DNA from: an uncultured delta proteobacterium
GTDB taxonomy: Bacteria; Desulfobacterota; RBG-13-43-22
NCBI GenBank assembly: GCA_963711835.1
Contig: CAVQFQ010000017.1
Coordinates: 576,001-640,000 of the forward strand
Direction of reading: 5' to 3'
Length of the DNA stretch: 64,000 nt
Below the pieces are notes generated by a model. It ran no database searches. It was not told where the DNA came from and saw only the letters and a list, made by a program, of their open reading frames with translations. Made by a program: the position numbers and the translations under genes. Numbering within the stretch: position 1 is the stretch's first letter; the number at the start of each line of letters is the position of its first letter. Below, in pieces: positions 10,412 to 20,769 of this stretch.

Positions 10412-11694
10412 CCCAACTCGAAGCAGCGCTTAAAGGGAACCTGACCCCCGAGATCATCGAGGTAGCCCGACAGGAAGGGCAGGAGCCTGGCAGGATCCTG
10501 GGGGGAGTGGCCAAAGGAACGATCGTAATCCCAGCCAACGCCCGCCGGAAGAAAGCGCGTCCGGTTGGTATCGGGAACGGTCTGTCTATCAAGGTGAATG
10601 CCAATATCGGCACCTCCTCGGATCAGGCCGATTTGGGACAGGAACTGGAAAAACTCCGGATTTGCGTTGAGGCCAAGGCCGATACCGTCATGGACTTGAG
10701 CACCGGCGGCGACCTCCAGGAAATTCTTGGCACCCTTATCGCCCACTCCCCTTTACCCCTGGGAACGGTTCCCATTTATCAGGCCGCAGTTGAAACGATC
10801 CGGGAACAGGGCGGGATCATCCACCTGACCGCCGAGAAACTCTTCGAGGTCATAGAAAGCCAAGCCATTTTAGGGGTGGATTTCATGACCGTCCATTCCG
10901 GGGTTACCTTGCATTCCCTGGAACGCTTAAAGAAGCAGGGCCGGATCACCGATATTGTCAGCCGTGGCGGGGCCTTTCTGGCCACCTGGATGATCTATCA
11001 CGGGAAAGAAAACCCTCTTTTTGAAGGATATGATCGTCTCCTTGAACTGGCCCGGAAGTACGATGTCACCTTGAGTTTAGGAGACGGGCTACGCCCCGGT
11101 TGCCTGGCCGATGCCACCGACCGGGCCCAGGTCCAGGAATTGATTTTCCTGGGTGAGCTTAGAAACAGGGCCTTGGAGGCGGGGGTTCAGGTCATGATCG
11201 AGGGCCCGGGCCATGTCCCCTTGAATCAGATCGAGGCCAATATCCTCTTGCAAAAACAACTTTGCCAGGGGGCTCCTTTTTACGTGCTGGGGCCCCTGGT
11301 GACCGACATTGCCGCCGGCTACGATCACATCGCCTGCGCCATCGGCGGGGCCGTGGCCGGTATGGCCGGAGCCGACTTTCTCTGTTATGTGACCCCGTCG
11401 GAACATCTCAAACTTCCGACGCCTGAGGACGTCCGCGAAGGGATCATCGCTGCCCGGATCGCGGCCCATGCCGCCGATCTGGCCCGGGGCAGCAGCCGGG
11501 CCTGGGAACAGGACCGCCAGATGGCCCTGGCTCGAAAAGCCCTGGATTGGGAAAAACAGATAGGCTTCTGCCTGGACCCGGAAAAGGCCAGACGGATGCG
11601 CTCCGAAAGCAGCCCCAGCCAAACCGATGTCTGTACCATGTGCGGGGAATTCTGCGCCATCAAGATGGTCCGGGATTTTCTGAAGCAAACCTAA
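10408..11694 (+). CDS. thiC: Phosphomethylpyrimidine synthase ThiC
   Basis: [35 protein letters not shown] and C-terminal CTMCGEFC Fe-S motif. Confidence 0.97.
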   Translation: MTQLEAALKGNLTPEIIEVARQEGQEPGRILGGVAKGTIVIPANARRKKARPVGIGNGLSIKVNANIGTSSDQADLGQELEKLRICVEAKADTVMDLSTGGDLQEILGTLIAHSPLPLGTVPIYQAAVETIREQGGIIHLTAEKLFEVIESQAILGVDFMTVHSGVTLHSLERLKKQGRITDIVSRGGAFLATWMIYHGKENPLFEGYDRLLELARKYDVTLSLGDGLRPGCLADATDRAQVQELIFLGELRNRALEAGVQVMIEGPGHVPLNQIEANILLQKQLCQGAPFYVLGPLVTDIAAGYDHIACAIGGAVAGMAGADFLCYVTPSEHLKLPTPEDVREGIIAARIAAHAADLARGSSRAWEQDRQMALARKALDWEKQIGFCLDPEKARRMRSESSPSQTDVCTMCGEFCAIKMVRDFLKQT

Positions 11695-11725
11695 CAGCCT
11701 TCTTATCGGATGAAATTTCTCACCC

Positions 11726-12704
11726 ATGACCCGGCCCAACCGCAAACAAAAAATCCTGGAGATCCTCTCCGGGGGAGGATTTGTTTCCGGTGAATCCCTG
11801 GCCGGAGAACTGGGAATCACCCGGCCGGCCGTCTGGAAACATGTGCATCAGCTCAAGGAAGAGGGTTTCACCATTGAATCCCTGCCGGGCCGAGGCTATC
11901 GATTAAAAGCCGTCCCGGATATCCTCTTCCCCGATCTGATCCGCCGGGAAATCGACACCGGCCATTGGGGAAAAGAGATTCATCATTTTATCCGGACCGA
12001 TTCGACCAATATCCAGGCCCGCATCTTGGCTGCCGAAGGGGCTGCCGAGGGCACCCTGGTGGTGGCCGAATACCAGGAAAAAGGCCGGGGTCGCCTGCAG
12101 CGGAACTGGGACTCTCCTATCAGCCAAAACCTCTTATTTTCCATCCTCCTGCGTCCTCCCTGGCCCCCCCATCAGGCCTTTTACGGCACCGCCCTGGCCG
12201 CTATTTCCCTCTGCCAATCGATTGCCGAGGTCGCCGGTCTGGCCGTCGGAATTAAATGGCCGAATGATATCTATACCGGAAATAAAAAATTGGCCGGGAT
12301 TCTGACCGAATTTGCCACCGATCCGGATCGTCTGGAACACCTGATCATCGGCATCGGTCTCAATTGCCACTGGGCCCCGAAGGAATACAGCGCCCGGGGC
12401 CCAAGAGGCCACCTGCATCCGGGCGGAAACAGGCCAAAAAATTTCCCGCCTCCGGTTGCTGGCCCGTTTTTTAGACCACGGAGAAAAACTCTATGAAAAA
12501 GCCCAGGCCGAAGGGATCGGGTTGTTAAGGAAGGAATGGAACCGTTACTCCCTGACGAATAACCGCCGGGTGAAGCTGGTGACCCATCAGAGAACCTGGT
12601 CCGGGCTGGCCCAGGGCATTGATGACAACGGGGCTTTGATCCTGCTCCTGGACAACGGTCGGAAGGAAATCTTCCACACCGGCGACGTTCATCTCCGATT
12701 TTAG
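11726..12704 (+). CDS. birA: Bifunctional biotin ligase/repressor BirA (frameshift near 12390-12400; ORFs 11726-12496 and 12456-12704)
   Basis: N-terminal HTH SGESLA..LGITRPAVWKH, DSTN, QEKGRGR and KWPND..KKLAGIL; the C-terminal GIDDNGALIL lies in another frame. Confidence 0.88.
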
Positions 12705-12776
12705 GCCGGGACCCTGCCGATCTTATTGGAAAAGGGCCGGGATTATAATGAGTAACCATCCAAGGAGGAAAACGCT

Positions 12777-13187
12777 ATGCCCTGGTTTGGCTCAAGGGTA
12801 CACTTAGGGGCGGCCATAGCGGCCCTTAGCCTGTTGTTCTGGTCTTCAACCGTTCTTTCTGCCGGACTGCTCGAGTCAAGTTTCGGAACCTGGGAGGGGA
12901 AAGGGCTTCAGGACGATGGATCGGCCTGGACGATTCAAATCGTTATTGACCGATCCGGAAATCACGCCGTGGCCTATCCCTCCCTCTTTTGCGGAGGAAA
13001 ACTGACTTCCATAGAAAACTCCCTGACCAGCGTTACCTTTAAAGAAAATTTGACCTATGGAGTGCATGCCTGTATCGACGAGGGGATGGTCAAACTCCAG
13101 AAAGGTCCAGCCGGAATTTTAAAATATTACTGGTTTTATCCCGATACCAACAAACTGGGCGCTTCGGGAGAATTAAAGCGCAAATGA
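12777..13187 (+). CDS. Secreted hypothetical protein
   Basis: Signal peptide, AGGAGG SD, YPSLFCGG motif, two Cys. Confidence 0.7.
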   Translation: MPWFGSRVHLGAAIAALSLLFWSSTVLSAGLLESSFGTWEGKGLQDDGSAWTIQIVIDRSGNHAVAYPSLFCGGKLTSIENSLTSVTFKENLTYGVHACIDEGMVKLQKGPAGILKYYWFYPDTNKLGASGELKRK

Positions 13188-13451
13188 AGGAGTCCGCCTG
13201 GTCCCCGTATTGTTCCTATTTGTGCCGTGCGACAAGAAGTCCAAAAGATACTGCGCCCGGTGAGATGATAGAAAAAGGCCAGCCCGGACATCAGCGTCGA
13301 TGTGGCGGATGGCGGAATTATCCTGAACACCCTCCATCGGGTTTACCGGCAATATACCCAAAGGGTGGTATATGACGAATAAACTGCGGGAAACTTCTAA
13401 GCCGGACCTCTGCCCGATCAGGATTATTTTTCGGAAAAGGGAAAAGACAGC

Positions 13452-14797
13452 ATGATGCCGGCCTTGAATATCATGGTAGTGGATGATGAAGTCAACATCC
13501 GTAAGACCTTATCGGTTTGCCTGGAGACCGAAGGGCACAAGGTTATTGGAGTCAGCAATTTTCAGGATGCCCTGACGGAGAGCTGCACGCCGGTCTTTTG
13601 ATCTGGCCTTTGTCGATCTGCGTCTCGGCACCGAGGACGGCCTGGATCTGATTCCGGCCTTACTGGCTCACATCGCCCTGGCTCAAGATTATCGTCATCA
13701 CGGCCTATGCCTCCATTGATACGGCCGTGGAGGCCATGCGACGTGGCGCCACGGACTATATTCCCAAACCTTTCACCCCTACCCAGGTCAAGCTGACCGT
13801 CCAGAAAATGTTCCATATGCGCACCCTGGAGCAGAAGGTTGCCGCTTTGCAGGAAGACTTGGGACGGTCATATCCCGAGATAGAATTTGCCAGTACCAGC
13901 CCGGTCATGCAACGGGCGGTCAATCTGGCCCGGCAGGCTGCCCCATCCGAGGCCACGATTCTTCTTCGTGGAGAAAGTGGAACCGGCAAGACCGTCCTGG
14001 CCAAGGCCATTCACTCCTGGAGCAAGCGGGCGGCCAAACCCCTCGGCATCATTTCCTGTCCCTCTTTTTCCGCGGAATTGCTGGAAAGCGAACTTTTCGG
14101 GCATGTCAAGGGGGCCTTTACCGGGGCCGTTCGCGACAACCCGGGCCGGGTGGCCGCCTGCGAGGGCGGCACACTTTTTCTCGACGAGATCGGGGATTTG
14201 CCCCTGTCCCTTCAACCTAAATTGCTGCGTTTTATCCAGGAAAGGGAATATGAACGGGTCGGCGACTCTATCACTCGGAAAGCCGACGTTCGTCTGATTA
14301 CAGCCACCAACTTGGGATTTGGAAAAGGCGGTGCAAGGAAGGACGATTTCGAGAAGATCTCTTTTTTCGACTCAATGTAATTCAGATCGAAATCCCCCCC
14401 TTGCGCGAACGTCCGGATGATGTGATTGCACTTGCCGAACAATTACTGATTTTCTATGGCCGGAGCAATCATCAGGCCTTTATTGGTTTTACTCCGGAAG
14501 CCTCCAGGCCCTCAGACAATACCCCTGGCCGGGCAATGTCCGGGAATTAAGCAATGTCATCGAGCGGGCGGCCATTTTTTGCCGAACCGATCGTGTCGGT
14601 ATCGAGTGTCTTCCCTGCAAATCTCTACCCCAATGAATCCCTGCCCAACTATCGGTGATCCGGTCACCCTGGAAAAAATCGAAGAACAACACATCCGAAG
14701 AATTCTGGCCACCACCAGATCACTACAAGAAGCGGCCGACATCCTGGGTATCGATCAGGCTACCCTCTGGCGCCGCCGTAAAAAGTACGGGATCTGA
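13452..14797 (+). CDS. Sigma54-dependent response regulator (REC-AAA+-Fis HTH, AlgB/NtrC-like); several frameshifts
   Basis: Starts [20 protein letters not shown]. Contains [34 protein letters not shown] (in a shifted frame) and C-terminal [25 protein letters not shown]. Confidence 0.9.
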
Positions 14798-14801
14798 AGG
14801 T

Positions 14802-15581
14802 CTATTCAAGAATGAAACAATTTAATATATTAGCCGCTTTTTTTATAGCCCGTTTTCCCTTCAAGAGAAAGACAAAGGCCGCTACCATCGAATGAAGAGA
14901 GACCAAGGTGTAGCCCGTTGGAAGGTCGAATTGATAGGAAATGACGACCCCCAGAAGATTAATCAAGGTCCCATAGATCCAGGCAAATAAGAGATTGAAA
15001 CGGCTGACCATCATCAAAGAGACCAGGGCCGGGGCGACCAGAAGAGAAAAAACCACCAAGACGCCGGCCAGCTTTACCGAACTGGTTACCGTTACGGCAA
15101 AAAGCAAAAAAAAGCTAATGTCCTTTAGGCGATTTTTAAAAAATTTTCCGGTCAGGTAGAGGGCGATCCCTATCAAAAAGTAAATTCCGGTAGTGGTGTA
15201 AATGTCTTTCAGAGAGACAAAAAGCAAATCGCTGGCCAGCAGCCGTTGAAAATCTTCCGTTCCATGAGGAGATTTGGAGAGGATCAGAAACACGGTGGCA
15301 ATTCCAAAGGCATAGATCAGACCGATGAAGGCCTCGGAAAGCCTTTCGACCTTGGAAGCTACGGCTATGACAAAGGCCCCTAAAAAGGCAAAGAGCAGGG
15401 AGATCGGGTAATGAAATTCTCCTTCAAAAAAGAACAAAGAAACGGCGGCCCCCAGGGCGGCCATTTGCCCAATGGCCAGATCGGTAAAGATAATACCTCT
15501 CTTCAGAATCTCCATACCGAAGAAGGAATGGATGCCCACTAAAACGACTGAAAGAAGAAAAGCGGTCAGCAGTATATCCAT
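14802..15581 (-). CDS. Metal (Zn/Mn) ABC transporter permease, ZnuB-like
   Basis: RGIIFTDLAIGQMAALGAA and SSVKLAGVLVVFSLLVAPA motifs; hydrophobic. Confidence 0.85.
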   Translation of the reverse strand: MDILLTAFLLSVVLVGIHSFFGMEILKRGIIFTDLAIGQMAALGAAVSLFFFEGEFHYPISLLFAFLGAFVIAVASKVERLSEAFIGLIYAFGIATVFLILSKSPHGTEDFQRLLASDLLFVSLKDIYTTTGIYFLIGIALYLTGKFFKNRLKDISFFLLFAVTVTSSVKLAGVLVVFSLLVAPALVSLMMVSRFNLLFAWIYGTLINLLGVVISYQFDLPTGYTLVSLHSMVAAFVFLLKGKRAIKKAANILNCFILE

Positions 15582-16477
15582 TATTGAGACAACCTCCGGA
15601 CTATTTCTTCAAAAAGGGAAAATAAATCCTTGGCCTCCGGGACCGCACCTATATCATGGGGAAGAAGGATATATTTAGCGCCCGTCTTTTCAGCCACGAA
15701 CTGGGCGCTCCTCTTTTCATGATAGACATCTTGCAGGATAAAATCCACTTTCTGCGATTTGGCCGTTTCTATCAGTTCCTCTATATGTCTTGCCGTCGGA
15801 GGAATCCCCGGTTTCGGCTCGATCGTCCCGGCCAGGGACAAATGGTAGGCTGAAAGGAAATAGTTAAAGAGCTGTGATATTGAATAACCTTTTTCCCTTT
15901 AACGACGGAAAGCTTATGATCCCATTCCCGTATTTTTCTCATCCCAATGTTTCAGGAACTCGACAATCTTATTTTCATAATGCCGGCAGTTGATTAGCGT
16001 CCAGACCGCACAGCTTATCTTTTATGGCCCTGGCCAGAATCGGGAATGTTATGGGGGTCAAGAGCGAAGTGGGGATTTCCTTCGGGATGAATGTCTCCCT
16101 CGGATCGGGAAACACTGGTGGGCACTTCGATGAGATTGACGTGTTGCGAGAGGTCTAAAAATCCCTTTGAGGTTTGGATCCTGGGATTATTGGCCTGCTG
16201 TAATGAGGATCGGTATAAATCCGATTTCCAGACCGGCCCCATTAATAATGACCAGGTCCGCTCCTCGAAGTTTGGCAATAAAAGAAGGTTTGGGAACAAT
16301 AAAATGGGGATCTTCCGTCCCTTTGCCCAGGACAAAGACTTCCACCTTATCCCCTCCTATCTTCTGGGTGAGGTCTCCTATGTAAGGATAGGTGACCACC
16401 ACTTTTATTTGGCCATAGGAGAAGGTGGTAAACGATAAACTCAATATCAAGCCAAGGAAAATTATAAATTTTTTCAT
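15581..16477 (-). CDS. Metal ABC transporter substrate-binding protein, ZnuA-like (multiple frameshifts)
   Basis: Fragments in different frames: signal peptide + EDPHF.VPKPS...NGAGLEIG; GDIHPEGNPHFALDP; IEPKPGIPPTARH. Confidence 0.82.
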
Positions 16478-16489
16478 CTTCGTCCTCCA

Positions 16490-17987
16490 TTAATAAGCAT
16501 GGGCGCCGTGGGCCCCGATTGCCATTTGAAATTGTAGAAAAACCCCGGTAACCGGCTCCCGATTGGTTCCGTTAAAGAGCGAGTTGTCCTGGTTGAGTTG
16601 AAGTCTCAGGAGTGAGAATTCCGAGGGTTTAAATTCCAGCATGGCCGAAATTCTATCCAGGCCGCCGGGTAGACCTTGTTTTATGCCATCATTATAAACA
16701 TCATTTTGATTCAAAAGATCATACCTGACGCCGGTCCGCCACCTCTGTGCAAATCGATAGACCAATTGGGAATAAAAGCCCGATTGCTTTAGTTCCTTTC
16801 CAAAGATATTCAAGGATTGATTGGGATCGTCCGGGGCCGGGTCTGTCCCGACGTTTAAATTCATATACCGGTACATAAACTCGCTTTGCCAGGATACATA
16901 GCGGTAGGAATCGATAAAATATTTGGCCGTTAAGTCCAGGCCGTAAATTCTTGTATCTCCATAGGCCATCTGGGATTGGAATCATTAGTAAGGTTCTGCC
17001 TGGTCTGCCCTTGGGCATAGGACAATCCCCCCAAAAGCGAAAGACTGCCGATATCAAAAGAAGACTTGATATAGGACACCAAGAGGTTGGGTTGCTGGGC
17101 TCCGTCTTTGGCAAAGACGAGGCCATTTTTTTCCAAGCGGACGCATTGGTCCCGAAGCTGCCCGTCATTTTCTCCTTGCAGGATCTTCGGCCCCTAATAA
17201 AAGGTAAAAGGGGGTGGGGGCCAGCCAATTGATTTGAACCCCCTTTTCAACCAGCCCGTCCTCCCCAAAGAAGGCCCGATTCACCAGGGGGGCATCGGCA
17301 AAGTCCCAAACATGCTCGTGTTGAACATTCAATCTCCCGAAAGAAGACCTGAATTTACCTCCCTTGACCTGAAAACCCCAAGGCAAGGACTTTGGTTCTA
17401 AAATAGGCCTCTTCAAGTTCAACACCGCTCTCGGTAAAAGGGAATGGTGGCGGACAAATCAAAATAGGGATCAACCGGGGAATAAAGGGACAGTTCTCCA
17501 AAGTTGAGATTAAAGCCCCTATTCGGATTCGATATTCCGGAAGGGATCAATTCCGGGACCCTGAGATTTCTTAAGGTTTCATCATTTATATTTCGGCCCA
17601 CATAAGAGCCATCCACAATAAAAGAAATATCCGGAACGAATTTGCTCTGTGAAAAAGAATAGACTTCCAGAGGTTTGGGCATTTCAGAAAATTTTTTATC
17701 AATCGGGCTGGTCGGGTAAGCCATCCCCAATTCTTTGGCTTTTTATTGGTCCAACCATTTCCTTGGGGGTCGCCTGGGTCACTACGGGCTTGACCTCCTG
17801 GGCAACCTGAGTCCCTTTGGATTGCCCCTTCAAGTCATCGATCTCCTGTTGCTGCTTTTCAATGGTCTTTTGCTGATTTTGTAATAATCTCTTCCAAGGC
17901 CTTAAGCCTTGCTTCTATATCCGAGCCAAAGGATTGGTGTTGCCAGAACAAAGGGGAAAAAAGAACAAGGATCAGTATCCTTTTCAT
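16490..17987 (-). CDS. Zinc-regulated outer-membrane receptor/porin (multiple frameshifts)
   Basis: ATG at 17987 with GGAGG SD and signal peptide plus coiled coil; fragments PDISFIVDG, VDPYFD, FRSSFGRLN.QH.H.WDFADAP; C-terminus IGAHGAHAY. Confidence 0.8.
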
Positions 17988-18061
17988 GAACACCTCCATA
18001 AAGAATATCCTCGGAAAAGGAATAGACCTATCTTGTCAAAGGTCAACGATTCGAGAAGATC

Positions 18062-18424
18062 TTAGGAATGGACAAGAGGCGTTAAATGGAAGGAGGTGCT
18101 CGGGGGACTGTGAGATCTATAAAAAGATTTGGAGATTGGAATTGTCGTTTCAGGATTATTAAAATCAATACCCTGAAAAAGGGATTGAATAAGGCCGGCG
18201 TTATTATTAACTAAAAAAGGCAGGTTAACGGATAGACAAATCGGACAATCGGAATGGGAAGAGGAATCGTTATGGTGATGGTAGGGTAGGGTCAGGATGG
18301 AAATTAAGAAGAGAAGGGCCAGACCACAAGACCCGTTCCTGACCAATCGGATTGTTTTTGGAGAAAAGGTAATCACAGGTAACCTGCTTAATATAATCAA
18401 ATCTACTGATTTTTTATATAGCAT
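18062..18424 (-). CDS. DUF2946-like small His-rich CxxC protein (probable leader peptide; likely true stop at 18082)
   Basis: Hydrophobic segment followed by YHHHNDSSSHSDCPIC; a one-base shift gives the C-terminus IDLTVPRAPPSI*. Confidence 0.7.
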   Translation of the reverse strand: MLYKKSVDLIILSRLPVITFSPKTIRLVRNGSCGLALLFLISILTLPYHHHNDSSSHSDCPICLSVNLPFLVNNNAGLIQSLFQGIDFNNPETTIPISKSFYRSHSPPSTSFHLTPLVHS

Positions 18425-18593
18425 CCTTGGTAGACTATCCGCAAGGGAGAAAATCGAGGATTAGATTCGCCTGTTCCAGGTGCCCTCGATTGGCCCAGAT
18501 CCTCTTTTATAATACATCTATTTACGCCGTCCCGGACCTTTTTATGGTCCATCACTTTTATCAGGAATAATTTTTCCAGCCGGGTCCCTGTCC

Positions 18594-18638
18594 TTGCAAA
18601 TTTCAAGGCGTTTTTTTGTTGCCTTTTGAGAAATGCAA
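18594..18638 (+). promoter_or_regulatory. Paired putative enhancer (UAS) sites for a sigma54 activator
   Basis: TTGCAAATTTCAA (18594-18606) and TTGAGAAATGCAA (18626-18638) are imperfect palindromes with centres 32 bp apart. Confidence 0.55.
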
Positions 18639-18699
18639 TCCTATAAGATTTTTCTTAAATAATTTTTATTAAATTACAACAAGTTACATAAATAAAAGA

Positions 18700-18715
18700 T
18701 GGCCCAGGGATTGCA
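18700..18715 (+). promoter_or_regulatory. Sigma54 (-24/-12) promoter of the kinase-kdp operon
   Basis: TGGCCCAGGGATTGCA fits GG-N10-GC and ends 27 nt before the kinase ATG; an AT-rich IHF-like tract (TACAACAAGTTA) lies upstream. Confidence 0.75.
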
Positions 18716-18742
18716 TTCTCTATCCTGTGGAAGGAAACAACC

Positions 18743-20589
18743 ATGTTAGGACTGCGCCAAAAAATATCACTCGGCTTCGGCGGGCTGCTGATCATTATTT
18801 TATTGATCGGAATCCAGAGTATCCTTCAACTCAGCCGACTGGGAGATTCCATCGATGTCATCCTGCGCGAAAATTACCGGAGTGTCATCGCCTGTCAGGA
18901 GATGAAAGAAGCCCTGGAACGTATTGACAGCGGAATCCTTTTTTCGCTTCAGGGATATACCCAAAAAGGCCATGAACAGATTCGTATCAATGAACAGGCC
19001 TTTGAAAAGGCCCTTCAGGTGGAATTGAACAATATCACCCTTCCCGGCGAAGGCGAAAAGGCCGCCTTGCTGCAAAAGAATTACAATCAATACAAAAGCG
19101 CCCTTAAGGATGTAGTGGGTAGTCCCCTTTCAATTAACCATCGTCGTCAGACTTATTTTAACGAACTCCTTCCCTTGTTCGACCGCATTAAAGGGACCGC
19201 CAACGAAATCCTTCAAATGAACCAGCAAAATATGCACGAAGCCAATGATCGGGCCCGCCGGAGTGCTGCTACGGCTAAGAGGGAGATGGTTTTTCTTTTA
19301 TTGGCGGGAATGATCATCGCCGTAGGATTTTTATTTTTTTTCGGGAAATGGGTCTTGCGGCCTATTAACCGCCTGATCCAATCTACCGATGAAATCCGAA
19401 AAGGAAACCTGGATCTGGTCGTCCAAAGCTCCTCCCGGGACGAGATCGGTCTTCTTTCCCAAGCCTTTAATGACATGGCCACAAGCCTCAGGGAGTTTCG
19501 CCGCTCGGATCAGGCCCATCTCATTCGGATCCAGCAGGCCACCCAACAGGCCTTCAACAGCCTGCCGGAGGCGATTGCGGTTATCGATCTGGAAGGCAAG
19601 GTGGAGGTGGCTACCGAAACAGCCAGGAATTCCTTTGGACTCCAGCCGAACATTTCCCTTAGCGCCTTGCCCTTTGGATGGATGGCGGAATTATACCAGG
19701 AGGCCATCAAGCAGGGCCGTACGGTGAATCTGAAAAACAGCCAAGGGGTCTTTCAGCATTTCATCCGGGGGGAAGAACGCTATTTTCATCCGGAGGCGGT
19801 TCCTATCCTCGACCGGGAGAGACAACCCGCCGGGGTGGTGATGGTCCTTCAGGATGTCACCCAGCTCCGGCAGCAGGATGAGATAAAAAGAGGGATGATA
19901 TCCACCGTATCCCATCAACTGAAAACACCTCTGACCTCCATACGTATGGCCATCCACCTCCTGTTGGAAGAAAAAGTCGGACACCTTACCGAAAAACAGG
20001 TCGAACTGCTTTTGGCGGCCCGGGAAGACAGCGATCGGCTTCACAATATCCTTAATAACCTGCTGGATATCAGCCGTATCGAATCAGGCAAGACCAAGAT
20101 GGAATTACAGCCTCGTTTCCCCGAATTCCATTGCAAATGGAAGCCCTGGAACCCTTTTGGAGGGCGGCCCACGACCAGGGGGTGACCCTGAATGTCGAGG
20201 TGCCGGGCGATTTGCCCGAGGTTTGGGCCGATCCGACCAGAATCTATTATGTCTTTGGCAATCTTCTTTCCAATGCCCTTAAATATACCCCAGCGGGCGG
20301 TAAGGTCACCGTATCCGCCAGGGCGGAAAAAAATGAGGTCCGTTTTTCCATCTCCGACACGGGAAGGGGGATTCCCGGTCAGTATCTCCCCAGGATCTTC
20401 GAACAATTCTTTCGGGTCCCGGACCAGGAAAAGGAATCGGGGGCCGGCCTCGGACTGGCCATTGTTAAAGAGATTATCGAAGCCCACGGTGGGACCGTCG
20501 GCGTAGAAAGTCAGGAAGGGAAAGGGAGCACTTTTATCTTTACCCTGAAAACAGTGGATCATCTATCGAAGCAGGAGGATCATTCATGA
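18743..20589 (+). CDS. Membrane sensor histidine kinase (periplasmic helical domain-HAMP-PAS-HisKA-HATPase, KinB-like); frameshift near 20110-20135
   Basis: Two TM helices, HAMP DEIGLLSQAFN.M, H-box VSHQLKTPLTS; N/G boxes NLLSNALKYT, DTGRGI and GAGLGL in ORF 20131-20589. Confidence 0.9.
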
Positions 20590-20669
20590 TCGACGCGGTT
20601 TATATTTTAATTTCAATCGGTTTTTTCGGCTTGTGTGTCCTGTACATGCGGGCCTGTGAAAGGCTTTAA
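20586..20669 (+). CDS. 27-aa membrane peptide upstream of kdpF (KdpZ/KdpG-like)
   Basis: Absent from the ORF track: MIDAVYILISIGFFGLCVLYMRACERL*. ATGA overlap with the kinase stop; GGAGG SD. Confidence 0.75.
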   Translation: MIDAVYILISIGFFGLCVLYMRACERL

Positions 20670-20670
20670 C

Positions 20671-20754
20671 ATGTCGGATATTATTGGATTGATTATCGGG
20701 CTGATCCTGATCGTTTATCTTTTTATAACCGTTCTGCGGCCTGAAAAGTTTTGA
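20671..20754 (+). CDS. kdpF: K+-transporting ATPase subunit F
   Basis: Absent from the ORF track: MSDIIGLIIGLILIVYLFITVLRPEKF*, with the YL...L.PEKF signature. Confidence 0.93.
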   Translation: MSDIIGLIIGLILIVYLFITVLRPEKF

Positions 20755-20769
20755 TGAAGGGATAAGATC

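Noticed and set aside
18430-18742. c-di-AMP (ydaO) riboswitch upstream of the kdp operon
   Set aside because: No GCTGAATCC / GTCAGCTAAC-type motifs; the region is explained by the sigma54 promoter elements.
11726-20589. Dense cluster of frameshifts (birA, response regulator, znuA-like, OM receptor, kinase; also tctB, isochorismatase, TonB receptor) read as programmed frameshifting or mass pseudogenisation
   Set aside because: The shifts hit unrelated genes including housekeeping birA, motifs continue intact across frames and no common slippery motif is visible. This pattern fits sequencing or assembly indels; raw reads are needed to settle it.
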